From an uncultured Bacteroides sp. (lineage in GTDB: Bacteria; Bacteroidota; Bacteroidia; Bacteroidales; UBA932), in the NCBI GenBank assembly GCA_945874355.1, contig CAMCGB010000002.1, forward strand, positions 137,475-201,474: a stretch of DNA of 64,000 nt, in the 5' to 3' direction. This document shows positions 63,146 through 64,000 of the stretch, piece after piece. A program made the translations under genes and the position numbers. A model generated the notes under the pieces. It searched no databases and was not told where the DNA came from. It worked only from the letters and a program-made list of their open reading frames with translations. Position 1 is the stretch's first letter. Each line of letters starts with the position of its first letter.

Positions 63146-64000
63146 ATGTCAAAGAACTACTTTAAATCATACGTATGGCTTCTGGAGACGCTCCTGAGCA
63201 GGGGACCTTTAACCTTGAAGGAAATCAAGCAATTATGGATGAATAGCAGCGCCAATGAAGACGGCAAGGAATTGGCGACACGTACTTTTGCCAATCACAT
63301 TGCGTCAATAGCAGATGTTTTCGGAATAGATATCGTATGCGACCGCAGGGACAACACATATTACATAGAGAATAAAGAAGACCTTGATGGCCGAGGCATC
63401 CGTAACTGGATGCTCAATGCCTTGAGTCTTAATTCTTTGCTTTCGGAGGGTGCAAGCCTGCATGACCGCATCTACTTTGATGAAGTGCCTTCAAAGGATA
63501 AATTCCTCCCCACGATTATCCAGGCAATACGTGACGGCAAGAAGCTGGAAATACGCTATCAAAGTTACAGAAAGCCGGATGAAGAGCATTTCATGATTGA
63601 GCCATATTTCCTGAAAGAATTCAAACGCAGATGGTATCTGTATGGATACAAGGGAGATAAAGACGGTTGCAGAATGCTGGCTCTGGACAGAATCATAACA
63701 GCGACAATCACTTCAGAGAGCTTTTCCTTGCCTCAAGAATTCTCAGCTGCCGGATATTTCGGGAGCATATACGGTGTGCGCGTTTATTCTGGCATGCAAC
63801 CGGAGAAAGTCCTCTTGAAGGTCTCGGAGATGCAGACAAAATATTTCCGCTCTTTGCCGTTGCATAGGAGTCAGGAGGAAGTCGAAACCCATAAGGGGTA
63901 CAGCATCTTCTCATATTTCCTGACCACTGACTACGATTTCAAGCAGGATGTGCTGTCGTTTGGAAGCGAGGTTGAGGTGTTGGCACCGCAATCTCTAAGG
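63146..64000 (+). CDS. WYL-domain transcriptional regulator (wHTH-WYL), 3' end outside the window
   Basis: Absent from the ORF track because there is no stop in the window. I translated 285 open codons by hand: MSKNYFKSYVWLLETLLSRGPLTLKEI...IRYQSYRKPDEEHFMIEPYFLKEFKRRWYLYGYK... Confidence 0.7.
   Translation, partial: MSKNYFKSYVWLLETLLSRGPLTLKEIKQLWMNSSANEDGKELATRTFANHIASIADVFGIDIVCDRRDNTYYIENKEDLDGRGIRNWMLNALSLNSLLSEGASLHDRIYFDEVPSKDKFLPTIIQAIRDGKKLEIRYQSYRKPDEEHFMIEPYFLKEFKRRWYLYGYKGDKDGCRMLALDRIITATITSESFSLPQEFSAAGYFGSIYGVRVYSGMQPEKVLLKVSEMQTKYFRSLPLHRSQEEVETHKGYSIFSYFLTTDYDFKQDVLSFGSEVEVLAPQSLR

Noticed and set aside
1-64000. I searched by eye for CRISPR arrays, tRNA/rRNA/tmRNA genes, IS elements with terminal inverted repeats, and reverse transcriptase or DGR components near the variable tip proteins.
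   Set aside because: I saw no regularly spaced direct repeats, no tRNA-like T-arm or acceptor signatures in the intergenic gaps, and no transposase or RT motifs in any frame of the ORF track. A covariance-model scan would be needed to exclude small RNAs.

Overview
This looks like a chromosomal segment from a Bacteroidota (Bacteroidales-like) genome. The evidence is many Cys-lipobox lipoproteins, type V pilin-like genes, repeated TAnnTTTG -7 promoter boxes just upstream of starts, a GH92 gene, and parA-parB-DUF5683-lytic transglycosylase synteny. I found no rRNA, tRNA or CRISPR array. Region 1-23.4 kb is accessory. It holds two paralogous type V pilus (fimbrillin) operons in mirror image (+ strand 2..7311; - strand 9673..19701). 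An AT-richer AAA-ATPase + RloB/TOPRIM (AbiL-like) two-gene module sits in the convergence zone. A tyrosine recombinase lies divergent from the minus-strand operon, followed by an AbiEi/AbiEii-like cassette bracketed by direct copies of a ~55-75 bp dispersed repeat. Another copy of that repeat abuts the AbiL-like module. Region 23.4-61.6 kb is mostly housekeeping: hpt, adk, maf, kdsC, valS, tatAC, an ABC-F ATPase, queA, GH92, rlmD, a cysteate-synthase-like enzyme, rarA, parAB and obg. The last 2.4 kb is accessory again: a DUF3990-like protein with an H..Y motif reminiscent of ADP-ribosyltransferases, translationally coupled to a protein with a C-terminal XRE HTH, then a WYL-domain regulator that runs off the window. 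All family names come from motif recognition by eye, not from searches. The candidates most worth follow-up are the DUF3990-like/HTH/WYL cluster, the repeat-associated defence cassettes, and the mirrored pilus operons with their recombinase.
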